DNA of 34,979 bases, taken from the NCBI RefSeq assembly GCF_004010195.1, contig NC_057711.1:69381850-69416828 (forward strand), read 5' to 3'. Made by a program: the position numbers and the translations under genes. Origin of the DNA: Chiloscyllium plagiosum (lineage: Eukaryota). Positions within the stretch are counted from its first letter, which is position 1. Each line of letters opens with the position of its first letter. Shown piece after piece: positions 34,085 to 34,979 of this stretch. The notes beneath the pieces were generated by a model that ran no database searches, was not told the origin of the DNA, and saw only the letters and a program-made list of their open reading frames with translations.

Positions 34085-34757
34085 TTGTTTATTTGTAAGT
34101 GGAATGTGGGTCCAGGTCTCATTGCCATGGAAAAGTTGAAGGTGAGCAGCTGCCTTGAACTGCTGCAATCCTTGGTGTGTAGGAGTACCCACCATGCTGC
34201 TATGAAGAAACATAGTTAAAAATCACACAACACCAGGTTATAGTCCAACAGGTTTAATTGAAAGCACACTAGCTTTTGGAGCAACGCTCCTTCATCAGGT
34301 GATAGTGGAGCGTTGCTCCGAAAGCTAGTGTGCTTCCAATTAAACCTGTAGGACTATAACCTGGTGTTGTGTGATTTTTAACTTTGTACACCCCAGTCCA
34401 ACACCGGCATCTCCAAATCATGAAGAAACATAGTCACTTGATCCAGTGACCATAAGGGAACAATGATATAATTCCAAATCTGGGTGACGGAGAGGGACAT
34501 GTAGGTGGTAGTGTTCCCATGCCCCTGCTACCCTTGTCCTTTCAGGTGGTACAGATTACAGGCTTGGAATGTGTTGTTGAAAGAGTCTTGACAAGTTACT
34601 TTGGTGTTTCGTGTAGGTTGTGGAGAGGCACTGGGGAGACAGCATGTGAGTAACTTAACATTGAATTTCTAGTGTATGACCTGGAGCCAGAGTATTCCCA
34701 TGGCTGGTCTGGTTCAGTTTATGGTCAATGGACTAGGAATGCTAACAATGGGGATTC
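34085..34757 (-). mobile_element. Old CR1/L2-clade LINE 3' fragment with deletions
   Basis: Antisense GGTGAGCAGCTGCCTTGAACTGCTGCA..GGTGGTAGTGTTCCCATG..CTTGTCCTT resembles a common shark LINE 3' region. It is split by the palindromic insert. Confidence 0.65.
34215..34420 (+). mobile_element. Palindromic mini-insertion of Penelope family B (76-bp arms + tail)
   Basis: Arms at 34215-34290 and 34307-34382 with 3 mismatches. TSD ATGAAGAAACATAGT at 34202-34216 and 34420-34434. Hammerhead motif on the minus strand at 34267-34301. Confidence 0.9.
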
Positions 34758-34979
34758 GGGGGATCCAAGATGGCGGTGACCCAGCAAGACTGAGTCTAAA
34801 GTGCTCCTCCCAAGACTTGGGTACAGTGGGTCACCCACCCCCTACCACTTATAATAGTTGTGTAATTTAATTAATTGTGTAATATTACATTTAAACAATT
34901 TAATCCTAAGTTAAAATGACTAAAGGGAAGGGAGCCCGCAGCTCTCAGCAAGCAGGAACCCCTCCCCCACCCTCTCCAG
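34758..34979 (+). mobile_element. 5' end of a probable L1-clade LINE: G-run, YY1 motif, short 5'UTR, ORF1 start at 34916 (MTKGKGARSSQQAGTPPPPSP...)
   Basis: GGGGGATCCAAGATGGCGG starts at an abrupt junction with the old LINE. A basic N-terminal frame stays open to the window end. Confidence 0.6.

Noticed and set aside
34215..34382. Pre-miRNA or CRISPR-like palindrome
   Set aside because: It is explained by a multi-copy repeat with a TSD, and there is no repeat-spacer array.

Overview
This is repeat-dense, AT-rich vertebrate genomic DNA with two assembly gaps (9690-10189 and 19414-20075). The repeat families (HE1-type SINE, HER1-type CR1 LINEs, shark-type Penelope elements) point to a cartilaginous fish. 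I found no intact host protein-coding gene, and nearly all ORFs in the supplied track are decayed transposon frames, their antisense shadows, or gap artefacts. The main contents are: (1) a nearly full-length CR1 LINE with three nested insertions; (2) a decayed PIF/Harbinger element with TIRs and a two-exon Myb/SANT-like gene; (3) a hAT (Buster/Charlie) transposase fossil spread over ~10.5 kb by nested retroelement insertions; (4) several Penelope-like element (PLE) copies carrying minimal type I hammerhead ribozyme motifs, two of them with a fold-back (inverted arm plus tail) structure and target-site duplications (TSDs); (5) a probable solo LTR; (6) the 5' end of an L1-clade element with a YY1 motif. 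Unique stretches hold a few candidate splice junctions and regulatory motifs of low confidence. Family names come from remembered motif consensus, not database searches.
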